DNA of 49,143 nt, from positions 1 through 49,143 of the forward strand of contig LCOP01000006.1 in assembly GCA_000996605.1 (NCBI GenBank), in the 5' to 3' direction. The translations under genes were made by a program, and so were the position numbers. Positions 42,315-49,098 of the stretch are shown piece after piece (position 1 is the first letter of the stretch; each line of letters begins with the position of its first letter). Under the pieces are notes generated by a model. That model had not been told where the DNA came from, did no database searches, and was given only the letters and a program-made list of their open reading frames with translations. The stretch is from Parcubacteria group bacterium GW2011_GWA1_47_8 (lineage in GTDB: Bacteria; Patescibacteriota; Minisyncoccia; Phycocordibacterales; UBA1550).

Positions 42315-42590
42315 ATGAATGTAAAGACAAAGTTTTCTTTGGCGCTTATCCCCGCTGTCTTGTTTGTCATTGTTGCGGAAGCAACAATACCGGCGCTCAT
42401 CGCGCGTCTTGCGATGTGGGCAGGGGCATACAAGGTTTTTGCCGTCCTCCTCGGAATCGCTACATTTGTAGCGATTCTCCTCACATCAATCTTTGCGATT
42501 CTCGCGGTTGATGCGGAGATGATGGTGACGACCAAGACAGGCGATGACAAGGTAGTTCCATTACGATCTTTCAAAGGAGGCATGAAATGA
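42315..42590 (+). CDS. Small hydrophobic membrane protein (2-3 TM helices), unknown function
   Basis: 91 aa. SD AAGGAGATTGAC-ATG, identical to the ribosome-binding context at 41074. Confidence 0.6.
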   Translation: MNVKTKFSLALIPAVLFVIVAEATIPALIARLAMWAGAYKVFAVLLGIATFVAILLTSIFAILAVDAEMMVTTKTGDDKVVPLRSFKGGMK

Positions 42591-42763
42591 AAAACAAACG
42601 ATTCGCACCGCGCCTTCCGCAGGAAGCACAAGAAAGATTACGCCAAGGATCGGCGCACAAAAACAAAAAGCGGTATGACCGCAAAAAGAACACAAAGTTC
42701 ACCAAGGAAGCTCACAAAAGCTTCCTTTTTTTGTTTCCTCTATTACATAGGCCTACTACATAG
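42587..42763 (+). CDS. Small highly basic protein (58 aa, below the ORF-track cutoff)
   Basis: Manual translation gives MKNKRFAPRLPQEAQERLRQGSAHKNKKRYDRKKNTKFTKEAHKSF.... AAGGAGG lies 6 nt upstream. The start overlaps the upstream stop (ATGA-type coupling). The 3' end runs through the terminator. Confidence 0.4.
   Translation: MKNKRFAPRLPQEAQERLRQGSAHKNKKRYDRKKNTKFTKEAHKSFLFLFPLLHRPTT
42704..42733 (+). terminator. Rho-independent terminator of the small-gene operon
   Basis: aaggaagct-cacaaa-agcttcctt followed by a T-run. Confidence 0.75.
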
Positions 42764-42777
42764 GCCTCGCCTATGTA
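42744..42777. repeat. Three copies of TACATAGGC(CT): two direct, one inverted
   Basis: tacataggcct at 42744-42754 and 42757-42767; gcctatgta at 42769-42777. Confidence 0.6.
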
Positions 42778-42830
42778 AACTTATTTAACTTCATGCCTTT
42801 TGTGTATGACGGCGAAATGTTTCCGTTGAG

Positions 42831-42874
42831 TATCGTATCATTGTGATACGATAAACACCCCCTTTTGATACGAT
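42831..42874. promoter_or_regulatory. Operator-like perfect inverted repeat plus an extra half-site upstream of the pRiA4-ORF3-like gene
   Basis: tatcgtatca-ttg-tgatacgata (42831-42853) and tgatacgat again at 42866-42874. Confidence 0.5.
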
Positions 42875-42949
42875 TCTCGGGGTTTCCTCCTATCCATGCA
42901 TTGACCATATTGGCGGAGGCATGGTGGGCTGACGAGGAATCCGAATTTT

Positions 42950-42958
42950 TGGTATAAT
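42950..42958 (+). promoter_or_regulatory. Extended -10 TGGTATAAT 6 nt upstream of the ATG at 42965 (leaderless-type)
   Basis: tttTGGTATAATcatctcATG. Confidence 0.5.
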
Positions 42959-42964
42959 CATCTC

Positions 42965-43594
42965 ATGAAAGACACCACAAAAAAGAAAATTTTTCAGTTT
43001 AAAATTACTCTTAATTACAGCACGCCAAAAATATGGCGACGAATTCAGGTCCCCGCAGAGTATACATTTTTTGATTTACACGTTGCTATTCAGGATGCCA
43101 TGGGATGGACTGATTCGCACTTGCACGGATTTCGTATCACGCAGAAAGACGGCCTGCGCCCGATAGTTATCCAGTACCCAAATCCAGAAGAGAGCTTCGC
43201 GGATTATGGGGAACGCGACGAACGAAAAGAATTCATTGCTGATTATTTTGACAAAATAACTAAGCAGTGCGTATACGAGTATGATTTTGGGGATGGGTGG
43301 GTGCACACTGTTCTTTTTGAAAAAGAATTATCTCATGGAACAGGTATAAATTACCCACGATGCGCTGCGGGAAAGAACGCATGTCCTCCCGAAGACTGTG
43401 GCGGTGTCGGAGGATATGAAGATATGCAGAGTATTTTAAAAAATCCTAAACATCCAGAACGCAAGGAACTTCTCAGTTGGCTTTATCTTGAAAACGCAGA
43501 TGAATTTGACCCGAAGGAGTTTGATCTGGGCGAAGTTGTTTTTAATGATCCACGCGAAGTATTAAAAGAATACGAATTAAGGTTTGGCAGGTAA
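42965..43594 (+). CDS. Plasmid pRiA4b ORF-3-family protein
   Basis: IWRRIQVP, LHVAIQDAMGWTDSHLHGF, YEYDFGDGWVHTV, CPPEDCGGVGGYE are hallmark motifs of that family. Confidence 0.8.
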   Translation: MKDTTKKKIFQFKITLNYSTPKIWRRIQVPAEYTFFDLHVAIQDAMGWTDSHLHGFRITQKDGLRPIVIQYPNPEESFADYGERDERKEFIADYFDKITKQCVYEYDFGDGWVHTVLFEKELSHGTGINYPRCAAGKNACPPEDCGGVGGYEDMQSILKNPKHPERKELLSWLYLENADEFDPKEFDLGEVVFNDPREVLKEYELRFGR

Positions 43595-43613
43595 AAATAA
43601 TCCCAAGATAAAT

Positions 43614-44045
43614 ATGAAACAAAATACACATGATTTTCGAGACCAAGCAAATGACGCGCTGCTTTCACCGGAGGAAATTGGAACACTTAAAAAAGAATCA
43701 ACACAACGCTCCGGTTGCTGGGAAATTGATTGGGGGCCAGAGCCTTTTTCTCAGGCAATGGGCGGTGGCGAAAGCCGGCTCACACTCACGATGGTGGTTC
43801 ATCAAGAGTCGTATTTTATAATTGATACACTGGTAAGCCCTTCGGATGAAACAGAGAAAGGTGTGTCTGCTTTTGCGTCTGCGATTAAAAAACAGTTTCG
43901 TCTGCCGGAAACTATTGTGGTCCGTGATAAAGTTCTTCGCGACGAACTTGAACTGCTTGCCACAGCGTTGGGTTGTGATATCGTAGTGTCTCGCCTAAAA
44001 GCGATTCCGCAAATACGTAGAGATATGAAGCGATTTGTTGGTTGA
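43614..44045 (+). CDS. Protein of unknown function downstream of the pRiA4-ORF3-like gene
   Basis: 143 aa from MKQNTHDF. The ORF-track start at 43584 would overlap the upstream gene. Confidence 0.5.
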   Translation: MKQNTHDFRDQANDALLSPEEIGTLKKESTQRSGCWEIDWGPEPFSQAMGGGESRLTLTMVVHQESYFIIDTLVSPSDETEKGVSAFASAIKKQFRLPETIVVRDKVLRDELELLATALGCDIVVSRLKAIPQIRRDMKRFVG

Positions 44046-44058
44046 TATGTTAAGTATT

Positions 44059-44481
44059 TTAGAGGTTGTCCCTCAGTGTCCTTAAAATCTCAGTAAAAGT
44101 TTCTTCAGAAACTCTATCGGACACGGAATCCTGCAAATGATAATGGTCGCCGAAGTTTGGGTCTTTGAATACTAGGTCACCTACGGTCACCTCTTTTTCA
44201 TAGCGAGGGCGAACGTGAAAATGGACTTGTGGTGCGTATGGTTTTTCTCGATAGGCGTGGTTCATCAAGCATGTCCAGTTAAACAGTGTTGTAGCGAAGG
44301 TTTTTTTGAGAAGGGACTCATATTTTTTAATAACTGCATGTAAATCAGAAAACTCATAACTTGTAAGCTCAGACAAGGATCCCCTTTTTGTTTTGCACTC
44401 AATATAAGCTCTTCCTAAATAGAGTTGATCCCCGGAAAGATTAACTTCCCAGTACTTTGATTCAAAAATTTGTCTGTCCAT
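44059..44481 (-). CDS. HIT-like (histidine triad superfamily) protein, atypical triad
   Basis: 140 aa. QVHFHVRPRY resembles the HxHxHxx motif, with the third His replaced. Confidence 0.5.
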   Translation of the reverse strand: MDRQIFESKYWEVNLSGDQLYLGRAYIECKTKRGSLSELTSYEFSDLHAVIKKYESLLKKTFATTLFNWTCLMNHAYREKPYAPQVHFHVRPRYEKEVTVGDLVFKDPNFGDHYHLQDSVSDRVSEETFTEILRTLRDNL

Positions 44482-44485
44482 AAAA

Positions 44486-45373
44486 TTATTTCACCCCGTG
44501 GCGTTTGCGGATGACGGCGAGCTCGGCTTCTTCGGCCTCATCTTTCTTTTCCTTGCCTGCCTCACCGAGTTTCTTTAATTCATCAATCGGCAGTTTTGCG
44601 AGCTCGAGTGTGCGTTTCACGAGAAACTCCTCGGTGTTGTTCTCTGGCGTGTCTAAAACTTCTTCGAGAAGCGCGTGGAGGATGAAGCCGAGCTTTGGCC
44701 CCGGTGTTTCATGGGTAACCTCCATAATTTTTGCGCCATCGATCTTGAGCATCCCCACCGACACGGGCGCGCGCATCGCTTCTTCGATCATGGATTCGTA
44801 CTTGCGGAGGCGGTACGGGGTTTCCTTGGGGCGACCCATGCCGATGCGGTCGCAGGCGCGGACTTTCATGAGATCCCAGACGTTCTCGGGGCCGACGTTT
44901 CGCACGATACGGCGCACCGCCGAAAGCGTTATTTTGTCAATGTCCGAGAAGAAAAGATGATATCTCACAAGCAAAGAAACAACCTCGACGATCTTTTTCG
45001 GGTACTTGAGACGCTCAAGAGCTTTCTTTGTTACCCTGCCGCCCACCACATCGTGGCCATAAAATGTCCAATCTTTTTTCTCGTCCGACCAGCGACGCGT
45101 TTCGGGCTTGGAAACGTCATGAAACAGCGCGGCAAGTCGCACGTGGAGCGGCCACTGGCGGTCTGCAGAGTGTTGAAGCGCACGCAAATTGTGCTCCCAA
45201 ACGACATAAATATGGTCACCATTTTGCTCGACACCGATTCCCCTCTTGAGGTCAGGAGCGATATAGTCGAGGAGGCCAAGCTTTTCACACATAACAACGC
45301 CGATCATAGGGTTCGTAGACATGACCATTTTTGAGAACTCGTCGCGGATACGCTCCATGGCGATTTCTCTCAA
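44486..45373 (-). CDS. cca: C-terminal fragment of CCA-adding tRNA nucleotidyltransferase (body/tail plus HD domain)
   Basis: REIAMERIRDEFSKM..., HD motif AALFHDVSKP, YGHD. The frame is open upstream to RTTGEAIQKTAPNL, but there is no ATG (TTG per the ORF track). Confidence 0.75.
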   Translation of the reverse strand: MREIAMERIRDEFSKMVMSTNPMIGVVMCEKLGLLDYIAPDLKRGIGVEQNGDHIYVVWEHNLRALQHSADRQWPLHVRLAALFHDVSKPETRRWSDEKKDWTFYGHDVVGGRVTKKALERLKYPKKIVEVVSLLVRYHLFFSDIDKITLSAVRRIVRNVGPENVWDLMKVRACDRIGMGRPKETPYRLRKYESMIEEAMRAPVSVGMLKIDGAKIMEVTHETPGPKLGFILHALLEEVLDTPENNTEEFLVKRTLELAKLPIDELKKLGEAGKEKKDEAEEAELAVIRKRHGVK

Positions 45374-45825
45374 ATTGGGGGCTGTTTTTTGGATTGCCTC
45401 CCCTGTTGTCCTTTAGAATCATCATATGCGATGGCGTTGACGGTAAAGTCGCGGCGCATGAGGTCGTCCGGAAGTTTCGCGTGAAACGACACCGAATCAG
45501 GACGGCGCTTGTCACTGTAGGCTCCTTCTGTGCGATATGGAGTCACTTCGACTACTTTGAGTGTTTCGTCTTCTGTTTGCGAAACAACACCGACGGTACC
45601 ATAATCATTCTCGTAGAACGTTTCGGGAAATAACGCTTGAATTTGTTCAGGTTTTGCATCGGTGGTGATATCCCAATCTTTTGGTTTGATTTCCATAATC
45701 ATGTCGCGGACGCACCCGCCAACAAGATATGCCTCAAATCCCGCTTCGCGGATTACTGACGTTACACGGGAAACCTCGGTAGGAATCTTATAGGAAAGAT
45801 CGATTTTCTTTGGCGTGTGGGGCAT
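45370..45825 (-). CDS. cca: N-terminal fragment of CCA-adding tRNA nucleotidyltransferase (Pol-beta-type head domain only)
   Basis: MPHTPKK..., AYLVGGCVRDMIM, DWDITT, RRDFTVNAIAYDD. It then runs out of frame into a stop and lacks the EDxLRxLRAxRF neck segment. Confidence 0.75.
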   Translation of the reverse strand: MPHTPKKIDLSYKIPTEVSRVTSVIREAGFEAYLVGGCVRDMIMEIKPKDWDITTDAKPEQIQALFPETFYENDYGTVGVVSQTEDETLKVVEVTPYRTEGAYSDKRRPDSVSFHAKLPDDLMRRDFTVNAIAYDDSKGQQGRQSKKQPPI

Positions 45826-45831
45826 AAAGGT

Positions 45832-45863
45832 AGTCGAAAGTAAAAAGTCGGAAAGTCGAAAGC
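45832..45863 (-). repeat. GACTTT-repeat leader motif ending 6 nt upstream of the cca ATG
   Basis: The minus strand reads GCTTTCGACTTTCCGACTTTTTACTTTCGACT-ACCTTT-ATG. Compare 17369-17403. Confidence 0.55.
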
Positions 45864-45986
45864 AGATTTGTGTACCGCTGGCTTTATAGATTTTTGACAT
45901 TAAGACCTTCTGACTTGTTTAGTCTAGTTTATTTTTGGCTTTTTTACCAATGTGCGCTATGCTTTCGATAGTTTCATGAGAAATAT

Positions 45987-46058
45987 GCCCTCGTGGTGAA
46001 ATGGATATCACGACGGTCTTCGAAACCGTTGTTCCAGGTTCGAATCCTGGCGGGGGCA
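45987..46058 (+). tRNA. tRNA-Arg (anticodon TCG), no encoded CCA
   Basis: Manual cloverleaf: GCCCTCG TG GTGA AATGGATA TCAC G ACGGT CTTCGAA ACCGT TGTT CCAGG TTCGAAT CCTGG CGGGGGC A. It is followed by caat. Confidence 0.85.
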
Positions 46059-46071
46059 CAATAGTTAAAAT

Positions 46072-46103
46072 AAAAAACACCGAGATTACCTCCAGTGTTT
46101 TTT
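46072..46103. terminator. Bidirectional hairpin between the convergent tRNA genes
   Basis: aaaaaacac-cgagattacctcca-gtgtttttt. Confidence 0.6.
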
Positions 46104-46112
46104 GTTTTGATG

Positions 46113-46183
46113 TGCGGATAGGGAGAATCGAACTCCCACTCTCTCGTTGGCAACGAGGAATTCTACCACTAAATTATATCCGC
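46113..46183 (-). tRNA. tRNA-Gly (anticodon GCC), no encoded CCA
   Basis: Reverse complement: GCGGATA TA ATTT AGTGGTA GAAT T CCTCG TTGCCAA CGAGA GAGT GGGAG TTCGATT CTCCC TATCCGC A. Confidence 0.85.
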
Positions 46184-46855
46184 ATTTCCCCCATATAATT
46201 CCCTACTAGCAAGCATATCAGGGAATAACGAAACCCACAATAACATTTTTTCTTTAAAATATCTACTCGTGACAAGGACAGTACAAACACCGTGCCCGAG
46301 TCGTTTGGTTTTGTGTCTACCTTCTATAATAATACTTTTGTTGAAGGTGATATTTTGCAAACCTATCTCTTTTACCCAATATTCTTTACACTCTGTTTCC
46401 TGAATATCTGGGTATAAAAGGAGCCATGCTCTAATCTTTCTTTCATCAACCCCGCAAACCTCTTTGAGGAAGATCATGAATACCTTAATCATTGCTGGAT
46501 CGGTATTGGTTAGTGATACTCGATGAGGAGATGCCTTGTCCCCCTCGCCCCAATAGAGCATCACGCCCGCAACAAATGTTGGATGATATTGTAATATTTG
46601 AAAATCTTCTAGAGCCTCTCGTCGTGCCTGTTCATAGAGTCTTTTAAGGTGTTCTCCGCGGACTTTGTTGAGCGCCTCAATCCTGATCGTATGCCTTTTG
46701 CGCGCAACAATATTGAGGTCATTTTTGATTTTTTGTGACCATTCGGAGCCACTAAACCATGCAGATAGGGTGCTTCTCGGAACACGTAATTCCTTTTCGA
46801 TTTCACCATAGCTTTTGCCGAGCCTGCGAAGTTGTGTTGCCTGTTCTTTGTCCAT
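46169..46855 (-). CDS. HTH-containing protein with a LAGLIDADG-like core (putative homing-endonuclease-like protein); tentative
   Basis: N-terminal HTH SYGEIEKELRVPRSTLSAWF, then FVAGVMLYWGEGDK...VSLTNTD...IKVFMIFLKEV, reminiscent of a single LAGLIDADG motif fold. SD AGGAG lies 7 nt upstream of the ATG at 46855. The 3' end overlaps tRNA-Gly by 15 nt. Confidence 0.45.
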   Translation of the reverse strand: MDKEQATQLRRLGKSYGEIEKELRVPRSTLSAWFSGSEWSQKIKNDLNIVARKRHTIRIEALNKVRGEHLKRLYEQARREALEDFQILQYHPTFVAGVMLYWGEGDKASPHRVSLTNTDPAMIKVFMIFLKEVCGVDERKIRAWLLLYPDIQETECKEYWVKEIGLQNITFNKSIIIEGRHKTKRLGHGVCTVLVTSRYFKEKMLLWVSLFPDMLASRELYGGNADII

Positions 46856-47007
46856 ACGCATACTCCTAAAGTATAACACGGGAGTTCTATTTTTACTAAG
46901 ATTCTATGGGGAGTGCCAACTGTCGTTTTAATGTAAGACATTTCCAGCATAATACAACAGTATGTCAACGCCTGCGGACGTAAAATAAAGGCAAAATTAC
47001 CAAAAAC

Positions 47008-47091
47008 TGTGGATAACTCGGTGGATAGTGTTGATAAAGGACACTTTTTATACAATAAATCGGCACTTTTACGGGTATATTTTGTGGATGT
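47008..47091. promoter_or_regulatory. Cluster of four DnaA-box-like 9-mers next to a 160-bp AT-rich tract
   Basis: TGTGGATAA (47008-47016, perfect), GGTGGATAG (47020-47028), TGTTGATAA (47029-47037), TGTGGATGT (47083-47091). Confidence 0.5.
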
Positions 47092-47252
47092 TTCACATGA
47101 AATGCTTGAAATATATAGGTATTTTAGGAAATATAACCTTTTTGGTCTATTTTAGGCACAAAATGTTACTTAGTAACATAAAATATTATGTTATTCATGA
47201 AACAAAACCTAATAATTCGCCAGAATAATGATAAATTGCTAATATTGCAGAT

Positions 47253-47666
47253 ATGGAATTTACAGAGAAATCTAAGACCAGACAGACAAAAAGAGTCGGT
47301 ATTGGACAGCTCGGGGAGTCGATAGCGGCAAAATACCTTGAAAATAAGGGTTTTGCGATCATTTGTCGTAATTATCGGAAAAAATATGGGGAAATCGATA
47401 TTATTGCTCAAAATGGGGAAATCCTCCATTTTGTTGAGGTAAAAAGTGTTTCATGTGAAAATATCAACGTTTCCATTAATCAGCATAGACCAGAGGACAA
47501 TATTCACTCCAAAAAGCTAAGACGCCTTAGAAACACAATCCAAGTGTATCTTGCTGAAAAGTTTCGCGGAGATGAGCCGGAATGGGTTTTTGATGCCGTT
47601 ACCGTTCACATTGACGAGAAGAGTCGTCAAGCAAAGGTGAAATTTCTTGAAAACTTGATCCTTTGA
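47253..47666 (+). CDS. yraN: YraN-family (UPF0102) predicted endonuclease
   Basis: GQLGESIAAKYLENKGFAIICRNYRKKYGEIDIIAQNGEILHFVEVKS matches the family signature. Confidence 0.85.
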   Translation: MEFTEKSKTRQTKRVGIGQLGESIAAKYLENKGFAIICRNYRKKYGEIDIIAQNGEILHFVEVKSVSCENINVSINQHRPEDNIHSKKLRRLRNTIQVYLAEKFRGDEPEWVFDAVTVHIDEKSRQAKVKFLENLIL

Positions 47667-47730
47667 AAATTTCATAATATACGAGTGATATGATAGTATT
47701 CTTTCATAGTTTTGAAGCGAATGACTGCGT

Positions 47731-47760
47731 CGGGGTGTAGTATACCGGTAGTACGTCTGC
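47731..47760 (+). pseudogene. Truncated tRNA-Pro 5' half (acceptor 5' strand, D-arm, 5' anticodon-stem strand only)
   Basis: 29 of 30 positions identical to 47780-47809. It is followed by GTGGGGT, which would be a GGG-anticodon loop, but there is no complementary stem strand, T-arm or acceptor 3' strand. Confidence 0.7.
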
Positions 47761-47779
47761 GTGGGGTTAAGTCTTGTGT

Positions 47780-47850
47780 CGGGGTGTAGTATATCGGTAG
47801 TACGTCTGCTTTGGGAGCAGATAGGCCGAGTTCGATTCTCGGCACCCCGA
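47780..47850 (+). tRNA. tRNA-Pro (anticodon TGG), no encoded CCA
   Basis: CGGGGTG TA GTAT ATCGGTA GTAC G TCTGC TTTGGGA GCAGA TAGG CCGAG TTCGATT CTCGG CACCCCG A. Confidence 0.88.
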
Positions 47851-47874
47851 TCAAAAAGCTCACAAGAGCAGTTT

Positions 47875-48918
47875 ATGGACAACATCAAAAAATTGCAAAA
47901 AGGGGTAGGGCTTCATCGAAAATCTTTTGGCTTTGTTTCTGTTGCGGCAGCTCTTTTGGGGAATTTTATCGTAACGATTCTTAAGGCGGTCGGTTTTATG
48001 GTCTCCGGATCGAGTGCACTTTTTTCAGAAACGGTGCATAGTTTTGCTGATATGGCGAATCAGGCTCTCCTCATGGTGGGGATCGTGAAGAGTCGCCGTG
48101 CGCCTGATGAAGATTCTTCATATGGGTATGGCATGGAACGTTTCTTTTGGGCACTTGTTTCCGCCTGCGGGGTCTTCTTTGTTGGCGCAGGGGTTACTTT
48201 GTATCACGGGATTTCAGTGCTCCTTCATTCGGAAGAAATCACGTTCCACCCGATAATTTTCATAATCCTTATCGTTTCTTTTGTTGTGGAACTTCTTACG
48301 TTTTTGCTGGCATTTCGTGAACTGTGGAACGATAGGGAAGAGGAGGCGACTTTTTTTGAAGTATTGCAGGATGGCGACCCCACCGTGCTTGCTGTCGTGT
48401 ACGAAGACGGTGTTGCGGTGTTCGGGGTATTTGTCGCGGCAGTTGGTATTGGAATGTCGTATGTTACCGGTAATCCCGTGTGGGACGCCGTGAGTTCGCT
48501 CGTTATCGGCGGGCTCTTGGCGTGGGTTGCGGTCATTTTGATATTGAAGAATAAGCGTTTTTTGGTAGAACGGGCAATCCCTGAAGAGGTAAAGGAGCGC
48601 ATCATTGAGATGCTTGAAGAAGACCCGATGATAGAGCGCGTGCACGACTTCAAATCTTCGGTCGTGGGGCTAGGGAAGTATCGTGCAAAATGCGAGGTAG
48701 AGGTAAACGGCACGGCACTTTTCCGCGAGCTTTCAAATGGTGATATGCTGAAAGATGACTACGAAGTAGCCAAAGAAGACTATCAGGAGTTTGTGCGTTT
48801 CTGTGTGGAGTTTACCGACCGCGTGCCACGGGTGATTGGTACACGCATTGATGAGCTCGAAGCGCGCATACAAAAGGAGATTCCGGAAGTGAAACATATT
48901 GATATAGAAATTAATTGA
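47875..48918 (+). CDS. Cation diffusion facilitator (CDF) family metal transporter
   Basis: TM-rich N-terminal part with SETVHSFADMANQ (the HxxxD-type site on TM2) and SYGYGMERFF. A cytoplasmic C-terminal domain follows. The ORF-track start at 47761 overlaps tRNA-Pro; the ATG at 47875 is preferred. Confidence 0.85.
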   Translation: MDNIKKLQKGVGLHRKSFGFVSVAAALLGNFIVTILKAVGFMVSGSSALFSETVHSFADMANQALLMVGIVKSRRAPDEDSSYGYGMERFFWALVSACGVFFVGAGVTLYHGISVLLHSEEITFHPIIFIILIVSFVVELLTFLLAFRELWNDREEEATFFEVLQDGDPTVLAVVYEDGVAVFGVFVAAVGIGMSYVTGNPVWDAVSSLVIGGLLAWVAVILILKNKRFLVERAIPEEVKERIIEMLEEDPMIERVHDFKSSVVGLGKYRAKCEVEVNGTALFRELSNGDMLKDDYEVAKEDYQEFVRFCVEFTDRVPRVIGTRIDELEARIQKEIPEVKHIDIEIN

Positions 48919-48967
48919 GACGAAATATAATTTGTGCGTGTAGTACACTGGACCCCAGTACCAAAAA

Positions 48968-49042
48968 GCCCTCATCGTTCAACGGATAGGACACAAGCTT
49001 CCGAAGCTTGTAATGTAGGTTCGATTCCTACTGAGGGCACCA
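48968..49042 (+). tRNA. tRNA-Arg (anticodon CCG) with genomically encoded CCA
   Basis: GCCCTCA TC GTTC AACGGATA GGAC A CAAGC TTCCGAA GCTTG TAAT GTAGG TTCGATT CCTAC TGAGGGC A CCA. Confidence 0.88.
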
Positions 49043-49073
49043 GAAGTAACTTGTTCGGAATTAAGAATATGGA

Positions 49074-49098
49074 GCGATTTTGCGGAAGCCAAAATCGC
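49074..49098 (+). terminator. Hairpin downstream of tRNA-Arg(CCG)
   Basis: gcgattttg-cggaagc-caaaatcgc followed by gctttgatttt. Confidence 0.45.

Noticed and set aside
37161-46183. Integrative element bounded by the XerC/D-like recombinase and the tRNA genes
   Set aside because: The interval contains ordinary housekeeping genes (xth, cca, HIT-like). I found no direct repeat of a tRNA 3' end that would mark att sites. The recombinase looks like a chromosomal Xer-type enzyme.
47761-47874. ORF-track N-terminal extension of the CDF transporter, and ORF 46001-46198
   Set aside because: Both run through tRNA genes (tRNA-Pro at 47780-47850; tRNA-Arg and tRNA-Gly at 45987-46183). The transporter has a clean ATG at 47875 after the tRNA.
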